Assembly: GCA_017398585.1 (NCBI GenBank)
Contig: JAFQFS010000087.1
Coordinates: forward strand, 1 to 59,394
From: Clostridia bacterium
GTDB taxonomy: Bacteria; Bacillota; Clostridia; Oscillospirales; CAG-272
DNA length: 59,394 nt
Reading direction: 5' to 3'
Made by a program: the position numbers and the translations under genes. Numbering within the stretch: the first letter of the stretch is position 1; each line of letters starts with the position of its first letter. Below the pieces are notes generated by a model. That model worked only from the letters and a program-made list of their open reading frames with translations, did no database searches and was not told the DNA's origin. Of the stretch, positions 26,461-35,252 are shown one piece after another.

Positions 26461-27573
26461 TTATTCTCTTGCGGCGTTCATCTTGAGGTAGGCGTTGATG
26501 AAGCCGTCGATTTCGCCGTCCATGACCGCCTGAATGTTGCCGTCTTCGAAGCCGGTACGGGTGTCCTTGGCGAGGGTGTAGGGCATGAAGACATAGGAAC
26601 GGATCTGTGCGCCCCATTCGATGTTGGTCTTGTTGCCCTTAATGTCTTCGATCTTGTCGAGCTTTTCGCGCTGCTTGATTTCCATGAGCTTGGACTTCAG
26701 CATCTTGAGCGCGGTTTCCTTGTTCTGGAGCTGGCTGCGTTCGGTCTGGCATCCGACAACGATTCCGGTCGGGATGTGGACGATACGGATCGCGGAGTCG
26801 GTCTTGTTGATGTGCTGCCCGCCGGCACCGCTGGAACGGTGTGCCGTGATTTCGAGTTCTTCTTCCTTCAGCTCGATGGTGTTGTCGTCTTCGAATTCGG
26901 GCATGACTTCGACGGACGCGAACGAGGTGTGACGGCGTCCGGAGGAGTCGAACGGGGAAACGCGGACGAGACGGTGTACACCGTTTTCACTCTTCAGATA
27001 ACCGTAGGCGTTCACGCCTTCGATCATGATGGTTGCGGACTTCAGACCCGCTTCTTCGCCGTCCAGCCAGTCAATCAGCTTGACGTTGTAGCCGTGGCGT
27101 TCGCCCCATCTGGTGTACATGCGGTAGAGCATCTGCGCCCAGTCCTGCGCTTCGGTGCCGCCGGCACCCGGATGGAAGCTGATGATCGCGTTGTTTGCGT
27201 CGTATTCGCCGGAGAGAAGAATTTCGATGCGCATGCGTTCTTCTTCTTCTTCGATCGCCTTGATTTCGGATTCAACTTCCGGAACCATGGTTTCATCGTT
27301 TGCTTCAATCGCGAGTTCCGCGAGCGCGATGGTGTCTTCGAGTCTGCCTTCGATCGCGTGATATTCCGCGATCTTGTCCTTCATCTGCTTGATCTGACGG
27401 AGAACCTTGCTGGAGTTTTCCTGATCGTTCCAGAAGTTTTCCGCGGTCGTGGTTTCTTCAAGCGCCGCGACCTTTTCGGTCAGTTCGTCAATACGGAGCG
27501 CGCTGCCGAGTTCGGTAATGTTTGCTCTGAAATTTTCCAGTCTGTATTTTGCTTCTTCAAGTGCGAGTATCAA
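26461..27573 (-). CDS. prfB: Peptide chain release factor 2 (single uninterrupted frame)
   Basis: SPF anticodon motif, GGQ, HTSFASV; TTG start at 27573 after RBS GGAGGA. Confidence 0.96.
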   Translation of the reverse strand: MILALEEAKYRLENFRANITELGSALRIDELTEKVAALEETTTAENFWNDQENSSKVLRQIKQMKDKIAEYHAIEGRLEDTIALAELAIEANDETMVPEVESEIKAIEEEEERMRIEILLSGEYDANNAIISFHPGAGGTEAQDWAQMLYRMYTRWGERHGYNVKLIDWLDGEEAGLKSATIMIEGVNAYGYLKSENGVHRLVRVSPFDSSGRRHTSFASVEVMPEFEDDNTIELKEEELEITAHRSSGAGGQHINKTDSAIRIVHIPTGIVVGCQTERSQLQNKETALKMLKSKLMEIKQREKLDKIEDIKGNKTNIEWGAQIRSYVFMPYTLAKDTRTGFEDGNIQAVMDGEIDGFINAYLKMNAARE

Positions 27574-27636
27574 GTGTATATCCTCCAATATTTTTATTTA
27601 ACGATGGGAAACGGAATGTATCGTATCATATGCCCG

Positions 27637-27840
27637 TCAGATTTCAATGTATTCAAGTTTCAGCTCCCGTACCGTCCGGTTCGGCGTGCGCTTGAGCGGA
27701 TCGTACCGGAACCGGCGGCAGCAGTGACCTGCTGGAACAACGCCGCGCTTGGCACACAGCATGGTATCCGGATCGGACAGGGTCTTTGCCCGTTCGCAGT
27801 ATTTGCAGAATTTTTCTTCGCAGATGTCCGCCTTTTTCAC
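27637..27840 (-). CDS. Small Cys-rich hypothetical protein (67 aa)
   Basis: GTG start after GGAGG; CKYC..C..CC..YDPLKR; first gene after a sigma-A promoter. Confidence 0.6.
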   Translation of the reverse strand: MKKADICEEKFCKYCERAKTLSDPDTMLCAKRGVVPAGHCCRRFRYDPLKRTPNRTVRELKLEYIEI

Positions 27841-27894
27841 CGTTCCGCACCTCCGTTCGTTCTTCCGTTCAACAGACATACTTATTCATATACT

Positions 27895-27923
27895 ATTATA
27901 TAAAAAAACACGCAAAAAATCAA
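27895..27923 (-). promoter_or_regulatory. Sigma-A promoter for small Cys-rich gene and prfB
   Basis: Minus strand TTGATT-17 bp-TATAAT. Confidence 0.65.
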
Positions 27924-27937
27924 GATAAAAATGCAAA

Positions 27938-28975
27938 CTAAATCACGTGCTTTGATATCTTGTGAATTTTTGACAGAACAAACATCACGGAAAGCACCGC
28001 AGTCACCGCATTCCACGAAAAAGTTTCCGTGAAGACCGCCGCCGTACCGACGGATTCCAGCGGAGAAATCAGATAAAACAGCACCGAAGCCGTCCCGCAG
28101 ACAAGCCCCTGCAGCCCTTTGGTCAGCCACAGCACCTTCACCGGAATCCCGTACCGCCCGATGAAATTATAATTCTGCATCATCACGGACACCCCCGCCG
28201 ATCCGACCGCAGCCCCCGTCATGAAGATCCCGCGCACTCCTCCGGCCGCCGCACCGTCCGCGCATCCGGAAGAAAACTCAAACAGAATTCCGAACAACGG
28301 GGCAAACGCCGGGATCAGCCGTGACATCACGACTGCCATGACCCGGAAAAAGACGATGTACGCACATACGGAAAGACATGCCGACGCGCTTTCCGACACC
28401 GCACGGCAGACTTCTTCCGGAAACGTTCGCGCCGGAGCATCGGAGCAGGGGAAGGACGATCCGGTTTCCTCTGCTGACGCACGTGCCGTAAAGAACGCGA
28501 TGACCAGTGCGGATACCGTCTGAACCGCGAACAGGAACACACCGTATGCCTTCGAATTCCAGAGGGCGGCGACGGTGCCGAGCAGAAACGCCGGACCGGC
28601 GTTCGACGACAGCGCCGCGAGACGTCCCGCGTCCTCCTTTGAGATCCCGCCGGATTCGTATAACGTGCACGTTCCCGCCGCACCGACCGGGAATCCGCAC
28701 AGCAGTCCCGTGAACACAACGGCGGACGCCCTCTCCGGCAGCCGGAACAGACGTCCGAGCTGCAGAAAACGGCTGAGAGGAGCAAGAAGGTCAAATGTCA
28801 CCATCACCTTCGACAGCACCATATACGGGAACAGCGGCGGCAGAACCCGATGGACGAACAGGGCAAGCGTACTCCGGATTGCCTCACTGGTGTACGGTTC
28901 GTACAGGAGAAGCAGTACCGTCAGCAGACAGACGGCGAGCGTGGCGGCAGCGAATGTGATTTTATTGCGTATCAT
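27938..28975 (-). CDS. ylbJ: Sporulation integral membrane protein YlbJ-like
   Basis: VLPPLFPY, GLLCGFPVGA, SNAGPAFL, multi-TM; ATG 28975 after GGGGGAGG. Confidence 0.78.
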   Translation of the reverse strand: MIRNKITFAAATLAVCLLTVLLLLYEPYTSEAIRSTLALFVHRVLPPLFPYMVLSKVMVTFDLLAPLSRFLQLGRLFRLPERASAVVFTGLLCGFPVGAAGTCTLYESGGISKEDAGRLAALSSNAGPAFLLGTVAALWNSKAYGVFLFAVQTVSALVIAFFTARASAEETGSSFPCSDAPARTFPEEVCRAVSESASACLSVCAYIVFFRVMAVVMSRLIPAFAPLFGILFEFSSGCADGAAAGGVRGIFMTGAAVGSAGVSVMMQNYNFIGRYGIPVKVLWLTKGLQGLVCGTASVLFYLISPLESVGTAAVFTETFSWNAVTAVLSVMFVLSKIHKISKHVI

Positions 28976-29012
28976 GGAACCTCCCCCTGCGGAATGACGC
29001 ACCGACCTGCGG

Positions 29013-29040
29013 CATAGAATAACATCAGTCAATTTCTATG
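29013..29040. promoter_or_regulatory. Candidate overlapping, oppositely directed sigma-E -10 elements
   Basis: CATAGAAT on plus (29013-29020) and CATAGAAA on minus (29040-29033) between ylbJ and yqfC. Confidence 0.45.
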
Positions 29041-29057
29041 CGGCGGAGGTCAGTACC

Positions 29058-29375
29058 TTGCAGCGAAAAAACGAGCGTCAGAAAAAACTCTACGAAATTC
29101 TTGCGGCATTCTGCGAATTCCCGCAGGATGTCATCACAGATCTGCCCGTCTTCACCATCCGCGGAACCCATGAGATCGAAATCTCCGGATGCACCGGCAT
29201 CCTGACCTACGACAGCGAACGGATCCTCCTGTCCGTCGGAAAAGGGAACGAACGCTTCTGTGTCCGCGGGGATGCGCTTATGCTGTCCGATTTCCGCGAC
29301 CGGATCCTGTATGTGCGCGGCAACATCCGCTCCGCGTCGTTCGGAACGGAAACGGAGGAGGACTGCGATGCTTAA
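29058..29375 (+). CDS. yqfC: YabP/YqfC family sporulation protein
   Basis: TTG after GGAGGT; GILTYD, VRG..L..GNI; upstream of yqfD. Confidence 0.8.
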   Translation: MQRKNERQKKLYEILAAFCEFPQDVITDLPVFTIRGTHEIEISGCTGILTYDSERILLSVGKGNERFCVRGDALMLSDFRDRILYVRGNIRSASFGTETEEDCDA

Positions 29376-30603
29376 CCGGATTTCCGATTTTCTACGGGGC
29401 TGGAGACGGCTGTCCGTTCCTCCGGAGGAACGAAGCCGTACCTTTGACCTGATGTACAAAAACGATATCTCTTTCACGGATGAACACCGTCTCCCGGACG
29501 GCACGGTCACCGTCCGGCTGAGAGGGAAAAACAGCACGGTTTTCTGTCATTGCGCGGACGCGGAAGCCATTGCGTACAAACTCGGAAGACCGCACGGTCT
29601 GCCTGTGGTGTGTTCGTTTCTCCTGCACCGTCCAGCGCTTGTGCTCGGCGCACTCCTGTTTGCGGCGTGGATGTTTTATTCCACCCGTATCATCTGGGAT
29701 GTCCGGATCGAAGGGGCGGACAAAACGGATCCGGCGGAGATCGCCGCACTGCTCGACGAACTCGGCTGCGGCATCGGGGACTATTATCCCGCCATCGACT
29801 TCAACGCTCTTCACTCACGGTATGCCGCCGCCCAGCAGGACATCGCGTGGCTGTCCGTCTATATGAACGGTACGGTGGCGGAAGTACAGGTGCGCGAACT
29901 TTATGCGGACGAACGGATCCGTACAGCGGAACATACGTACGCCAATGTCCTCGCCGACGCGGACGGAATCGTGGAGGAAGTCAACGTAAGAGAGGGGCAG
30001 GCGTGCGTGAAGCCGGGGGATCTCGTGCGCAGAGGACAGGTTCTGATCTCCGGCGTCATCGAACAGAAGGACGGCAGCATCCGGTACGAATATGCCGCCG
30101 GAGAGGTCATCTGCCGCACCGCGCACCCGATCCGCACGGAAATCCGGACGAAACGGGAGACAAAAGCGTACACAGGACGCGAAACGTCAAAAAAAAGCAT
30201 AAAATTTTTCAAAAAAACGATAAATCTTTTCGTAAACAGTGGAACTTTGTACACGAATTATGATAAAATAGATACAATAGAACAGTTATGCCCACTCGGA
30301 CTGTGCGAACTCCCGGTCTGGTATGAAACAACCACATACCGCGAATACGAAACCGTAAGCCAGGACATCCCCGCCGATGATGCTGCGGAGGAGGCGATGA
30401 CCGGACTCACGGAACAGATCAGAGCGGCGACGCAGAACGCGGAACTTCTGTCAAAGCGGATCGACACCGCTTTCACGGACGGCACGTATCGGATCGACTG
30501 CCTGCTGTACCTGCGCCGCGACATTGGCCGGACCGGAGAATTCCCGGTATCGGACGCCTGTGTTCCCGATACCGGCGAACTGCCGGAGAATAATTCCAGA
30601 TGA
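29368..30603 (+). CDS. yqfD: Stage IV sporulation protein YqfD
   Basis: IWDVRIEG, IAWLSV, ADGIV..G..VKPGDLV..GQVLISG; ATG 29368 after GGAGGAGG. Confidence 0.88.
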   Translation: MLNRISDFLRGWRRLSVPPEERSRTFDLMYKNDISFTDEHRLPDGTVTVRLRGKNSTVFCHCADAEAIAYKLGRPHGLPVVCSFLLHRPALVLGALLFAAWMFYSTRIIWDVRIEGADKTDPAEIAALLDELGCGIGDYYPAIDFNALHSRYAAAQQDIAWLSVYMNGTVAEVQVRELYADERIRTAEHTYANVLADADGIVEEVNVREGQACVKPGDLVRRGQVLISGVIEQKDGSIRYEYAAGEVICRTAHPIRTEIRTKRETKAYTGRETSKKSIKFFKKTINLFVNSGTLYTNYDKIDTIEQLCPLGLCELPVWYETTTYREYETVSQDIPADDAAEEAMTGLTEQIRAATQNAELLSKRIDTAFTDGTYRIDCLLYLRRDIGRTGEFPVSDACVPDTGELPENNSR

Positions 30604-30635
30604 ATTACAGAATCATAACGGAGTAAACAGAATCT

Positions 30636-31688
30636 ATGTTCCAGAAGAAAATCACGACATCCTCATCCGATGTAACTTCCCGCATCTTCGGAAGCTACGA
30701 CAAAAACATCTCGCGGCTTGAGAGCGAATTCTCCGTCCGCATTTATAATATTCAGAACGAAGCCTCCGACGGCGATACCATCGTGACCGAAGGTGAGTCC
30801 GCGGAAAACGTCACCATGACGGCGGACGTTCTCTCCTACCTGAAGCGCATCGTTTCCTTCGGCGAGGAACCGACCGACCAGAGCGTCGACTATGTCATCG
30901 GCTTGGTAAAGGAAGGACGCCTTGCGGAACTCGCGGAATTCGATGACAGCAGTTTTTTCGTCACCGCGAAGGGAAAACCGATCAAGTCAAAGACCGTCGG
31001 ACAGAAGAAATACATTGACGCCATCCAGAAGAACACCGTCATCCTCGGCGTAGGTCCTGCCGGTACCGGCAAGACCTACCTCGCGGTCGCATCTGCCGTC
31101 AAGGCTCTGCGTGCGCACGAAGTCAGCCGCATTATCCTGACCAGACCCGCCGTTGAAGCAGGCGAACGTCTCGGTTTCCTTCCGGGCGACCTCCAGAGCA
31201 AGATCGACCCCTATCTCCGCCCCCTCTACGACGCGCTGTACGAAATGCTCGGTCCCGAATCCTGCGCCCGTATGCTGGAGAAAATGACCATCGAGATTGC
31301 GCCTCTCGCCTACATGCGCGGACGTACCCTTGACGACGCATTCATCATCCTCGACGAAGCTCAGAACACCACGCCGGAGCAGATGAAAATGTTCCTGACC
31401 CGTCTCGGCAACGGTTCGAAAGCGGTCGTTACCGGCGACCCGACCCAGACCGACCTGCCGTACGGACAGAAGAGCGGTCTTGCGGTTGCCATGCACATCC
31501 TGAAGGGAATCGAAGGCATCGCCGTCCACGAATTCACCGACCGCGACGTCGTCCGTCACCGTCTGGTACAGAAGATCATCCTCGCTTACGATAAATATGA
31601 CAGAGAAAGAAAAGTAAAGGAAGCGGAACGGCACGAAAAGGAGCGCTACCGTCCCGCAAACAGAGAGAGAAGATATGAAAAAGATTAA
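30636..31688 (+). CDS. phoH: PhoH-like ATPase (YbeZ)
   Basis: GPAGTGKT, RPAVEAGE, LAYMRGRT, DEAQN, DVVRH. Confidence 0.95.
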   Translation: MFQKKITTSSSDVTSRIFGSYDKNISRLESEFSVRIYNIQNEASDGDTIVTEGESAENVTMTADVLSYLKRIVSFGEEPTDQSVDYVIGLVKEGRLAELAEFDDSSFFVTAKGKPIKSKTVGQKKYIDAIQKNTVILGVGPAGTGKTYLAVASAVKALRAHEVSRIILTRPAVEAGERLGFLPGDLQSKIDPYLRPLYDALYEMLGPESCARMLEKMTIEIAPLAYMRGRTLDDAFIILDEAQNTTPEQMKMFLTRLGNGSKAVVTGDPTQTDLPYGQKSGLAVAMHILKGIEGIAVHEFTDRDVVRHRLVQKIILAYDKYDRERKVKEAERHEKERYRPANRERRYEKD

Positions 31689-32181
31689 GATAAAGATCAC
31701 CCGCCGTCCGCGCATCAGAGTTTACTGGGCGAACGAACAGGACAAATACGATGCCGGACGAAAGATGAAATCCCTCATCGAAAAGGCAATCCGCGGTACG
31801 CTCGAATGCGAACATTTCGACCGCGACGTGATCGTGTCCGTCACCTTTACGGACAACGAAGGCATCCGCGTGAAGAACAGCGAATTCCGTGACATCGACC
31901 GCGCGACGGACGTCCTGTCCTTCCCGATGTACGATATGGCAAACGGCGATATGCCGGAGGAAGGCATGGCATGCGAACTCGGTGACATCGTCCTGTCGCT
32001 CGAACGTGCGGCGGAACAGGCGGAGGAATTCGGTCACAGCTACGAGAGGGAATGTGCGTTCCTCACCGTACATTCCATGCTGCACCTGCTCGGCTACGAC
32101 CATGTGAATTCCGAAGAGGAAGACGAAGAAATGCGCGCACATCAGCGCGTCATCATGACTCACATCGGACTTGAACGATAA
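31675..32181 (+). CDS. ybeY: rRNA maturation endoribonuclease YbeY
   Basis: TDVLSFP, HSMLHLLGYDH. Confidence 0.96.
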   Translation: MKKIKIKITRRPRIRVYWANEQDKYDAGRKMKSLIEKAIRGTLECEHFDRDVIVSVTFTDNEGIRVKNSEFRDIDRATDVLSFPMYDMANGDMPEEGMACELGDIVLSLERAAEQAEEFGHSYERECAFLTVHSMLHLLGYDHVNSEEEDEEMRAHQRVIMTHIGLER

Positions 32182-32207
32182 AGACAAAGAAACGGAGTAT
32201 AAATATC

Positions 32208-33101
32208 ATGACAAGAACCGCTTTTATCGCCATTGTAGGCAGACCGAACGTCGGCAAAAGCACCCTGATGAACCATCTTCTCGGTGAAAAGGTAGCGATC
32301 GTCTCCTCGAAACCGCAGACTACCCGCAACCGCATTGCCGGTATTCTCACCAAAGGCGAAGACCAGTTTGTCTTCATCGACACCCCCGGTGTCCACAAGG
32401 CAAAGAACAAGCTCGGCGAATATATGATGAAATCCGTCCGCTCCACGGTCGGCTCCGCCGACGCGGTGATTCTGATTGCGGAAGCCGGACATCCCGCAGG
32501 CGACATTGAAAAGAACCTCATCGGTCAGATCAAGAAATCCGAACTCCCGGCGATCCTCGTCCTCAACAAGATCGACCTCATCAACCGCGAAAAGCTCGCG
32601 GAAACCATCGCCGGCTATGCCGCGCTCCACGACTTCGACGCCGTTGTCCCGACCTGCGCGGAAACCGGAAAGAACGTCGAAGATGTTCTCGAAGAAGCAT
32701 CGCAGTTCCTCTACGAAAGCGACTGGATGTTCGACGAAGACAGCCTGACCGACCAGCCGGAACGTCAGATCGCGGCGGAGATCATCCGCGAAAAGATCCT
32801 GCGTACCCTGTCCGATGAAATCCCGCACGGCACCGCCGTTGTCATCGAGGAATTCACGGAAGACGAACGCATGATCCGCATCCGCGCAGAAATTTACTGC
32901 GAAAAGCAGTCCCATAAGGGCATCATCGTCGGCAAGAACGGCGAGACCCTCAAGAAGATCGGCTCCTACGCGCGCGAAGATATGGAAGCGTTCTTCGATA
33001 CCAAGGTCTATCTCAATCTCTGGGTCAAAGTCAAGGAAAAGTGGCGCGACGATACGTTCAGCCTGAACAACTTCGGATTCAAGCCCGAAGACCTCACCTG
33101 A
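32208..33101 (+). CDS. era: GTPase Era
   Basis: GRPNVGKS, QTTR, DTPG, NKID, KH domain. Confidence 0.97.
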   Translation: MTRTAFIAIVGRPNVGKSTLMNHLLGEKVAIVSSKPQTTRNRIAGILTKGEDQFVFIDTPGVHKAKNKLGEYMMKSVRSTVGSADAVILIAEAGHPAGDIEKNLIGQIKKSELPAILVLNKIDLINREKLAETIAGYAALHDFDAVVPTCAETGKNVEDVLEEASQFLYESDWMFDEDSLTDQPERQIAAEIIREKILRTLSDEIPHGTAVVIEEFTEDERMIRIRAEIYCEKQSHKGIIVGKNGETLKKIGSYAREDMEAFFDTKVYLNLWVKVKEKWRDDTFSLNNFGFKPEDLT

Positions 33102-33102
33102 T

Positions 33103-33897
33103 ATGGCACAGACGGAAGACCTCGAAGTCGACGGTCTGGTGATCCGCGAGGTCACGACCGGCGAATCGGACAAAGTCATCACGCTGCTGACCGCGAAGCA
33201 CGGACGCATCACCATCACCGGCAAGGGAGTCAGCAGCATGAAGAACCGCCACGCGGCGTCCGCGCAGCTGTTTTCCTACAGCACGTTCCAGCTCCATAAG
33301 AGAGGGAACTTCTGGTACATCCGCGACACGTTCTTCATCGAATGCTTCATGAACATCCGCTACGATGTGGAGAAGCTTGCCCTTGCGAATTACGTCTGTG
33401 ATGTGGCGAGCGATTTCGCACTGGAAAACGTCGAGGATCCGGAGCTTCTCTCCCTGACGCTCAATACCCTCTATGCCATCGCAAATCTCGATAAGATTCC
33501 GCTCGAACAGATCAAGGGCGCGTTTGAATTCCGTGCGGCGGTGCAGGGCGGCTTCATGCCCGACCTGTACGGCTGTGCCGTCTGCGGCTGCGAAGACGAA
33601 GCGGAGTACAGCCTCGACGTCATGAACGGGCGCATCCTATGCAAAAAATGCCGTACGCTGGTGGAGAATGATCCGTCGTTTATCGAAGACCCGTCCGCGA
33701 AGATCTTTATCCGGATCACTCAGCCGGTTCTGCAGGCACTCCGGTACATCGAAGCTGCCGGAACGAAAAAGTTCCTGTCGTTCACACTCGATAAGGTGGA
33801 ACTGTCCCTGTTTGCCGTAATCTGCGAGCGGTACCTGCTCAATCACCTCGAACACGGCTTCACGTCCCTGGAATATTACAAAAACATCAAAATATAA
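33103..33897 (+). CDS. recO: DNA repair protein RecO
   Basis: GESDKVITLLT, CxxC..CxxC Zn finger, position after era. Confidence 0.92.
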   Translation: MAQTEDLEVDGLVIREVTTGESDKVITLLTAKHGRITITGKGVSSMKNRHAASAQLFSYSTFQLHKRGNFWYIRDTFFIECFMNIRYDVEKLALANYVCDVASDFALENVEDPELLSLTLNTLYAIANLDKIPLEQIKGAFEFRAAVQGGFMPDLYGCAVCGCEDEAEYSLDVMNGRILCKKCRTLVENDPSFIEDPSAKIFIRITQPVLQALRYIEAAGTKKFLSFTLDKVELSLFAVICERYLLNHLEHGFTSLEYYKNIKI

Positions 33898-33921
33898 AAG
33901 ACCTGCTGCACGGCAGGTCTT
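33898..33921. terminator. Hairpin terminator between convergent genes
   Basis: AAGACCTGCTG-CA-CGGCAGGTCTT. Confidence 0.6.
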
Positions 33922-33934
33922 CGGAAGTGTTTTG

Positions 33935-35068
33935 TTACGGAGTCCAGTATTGATAGTCGATGCTTCTGATACGTTCGAAACAGGATTTGAACCGCCCGTC
34001 CTCCCGGTAAGGATCGAACCACGCCCACTGACGGTCGCTTCCGTCAAGCGCATCGTATATGTTTGCGTAATCGCTGTCCTGATGTGCCGGTGAGCGTTCC
34101 TCGTTCGGACAGAACCAGTTCATGCGGCAGGCGGAAATCAGGTCGAGCAGGGGACTACTGCAGGTCAGTTCCTTATCCGGCGGAAGATTCAGGATGATTT
34201 CGTACAGTTCCACGGATTTTTCAAGTGCATCGAACGCATGGTCTGCTTCACCGAGCCGGAAATACCCCTTGGCAAGATACAGATACGTCCACGCGCGTTT
34301 CTGAATCCACAGATCAACTTCCTCTGCGGGATCGCGGAACAGGTCGAACAGCCGGAGCGTAAAGTGACAGCCGTCCACGATAGAACGTGCGGTGTCTTCC
34401 TCGTTTTCGAACGTCCGGTGCGCACCGAGAGGGAACCGCCGGTTCAGGCTTTCGAACAGATTCGCCTGACGCTGATAATCCAGGCGTTCGATATCATCGG
34501 TATTCATATACCGGAATTCCAGCAGTTCCGCACGGCTCCACTCCGGCAGGTATTTCTGCCAGTCGGCAAGACGGTCTTCATCTTCGTAACCGTACATCCA
34601 CCGGAGTGCGACCGTGCGTCCGAACGCATGTGTGTTCTGATTCAGCAGGATGGTACACAGTTCACGTGCGAGAGGAAGCCCCTCATCCCGCGGTTTTGCA
34701 TCGCTGGTGAGTTCCCGCAGCGCGTCGACAGCAAATCCGTAATCGTCCGGGAATTCCCGGAACGCACGGAGCGCAAGATCGCATTTTTTTGAAGGATCGG
34801 TTTCGCTCCATATAGAGATGTGGTATTCACTGCGTTTTTTAGCCAGTTCCTCCTTACGGAGGCTTTCGTCCTTCTCGACGAGCAGTTCGTCCGTCGTTAC
34901 GCCGAAGTACGCGGCGATTTTCGGGATCAGTTCAATGTCCGGATAGGTCTGACTGTTTTCCCAGCGGCTGACCGACTGGAACGAGACGCAGAGCGCGGCG
35001 GCAAGTTCGTCCTGCGTGATCCCGCGTTCTTTGCGGAGTGTGCGGATTTTTTCGGCAATCGGAAGCAT
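33935..35068 (-). CDS. XRE-family HTH transcriptional regulator with helical/TPR-like C-terminus
   Basis: IRTLRKERGITQDELA..VSFQSVSRWEN..YPD; TPR-like YLYLAKGYFRLGEADHAFDALEKS. Confidence 0.85.
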   Translation of the reverse strand: MLPIAEKIRTLRKERGITQDELAAALCVSFQSVSRWENSQTYPDIELIPKIAAYFGVTTDELLVEKDESLRKEELAKKRSEYHISIWSETDPSKKCDLALRAFREFPDDYGFAVDALRELTSDAKPRDEGLPLARELCTILLNQNTHAFGRTVALRWMYGYEDEDRLADWQKYLPEWSRAELLEFRYMNTDDIERLDYQRQANLFESLNRRFPLGAHRTFENEEDTARSIVDGCHFTLRLFDLFRDPAEEVDLWIQKRAWTYLYLAKGYFRLGEADHAFDALEKSVELYEIILNLPPDKELTCSSPLLDLISACRMNWFCPNEERSPAHQDSDYANIYDALDGSDRQWAWFDPYREDGRFKSCFERIRSIDYQYWTP

Positions 35069-35252
35069 AATATTCTCCTTTTTAATTTTAAATGAAAAAT
35101 TTCAATCCGGAAAGGGTACCTCTTTCTGCTGTCAGAATAACACATATCCGTCCGGAAGTCAATCAGCCGCTCAGAGAGCGGAATTTCTCACTCTGCGTGA
35201 ATTTACATCTTAATATAGTATATCAGGAATTATCGTAAAACAGAGGTTCAAC

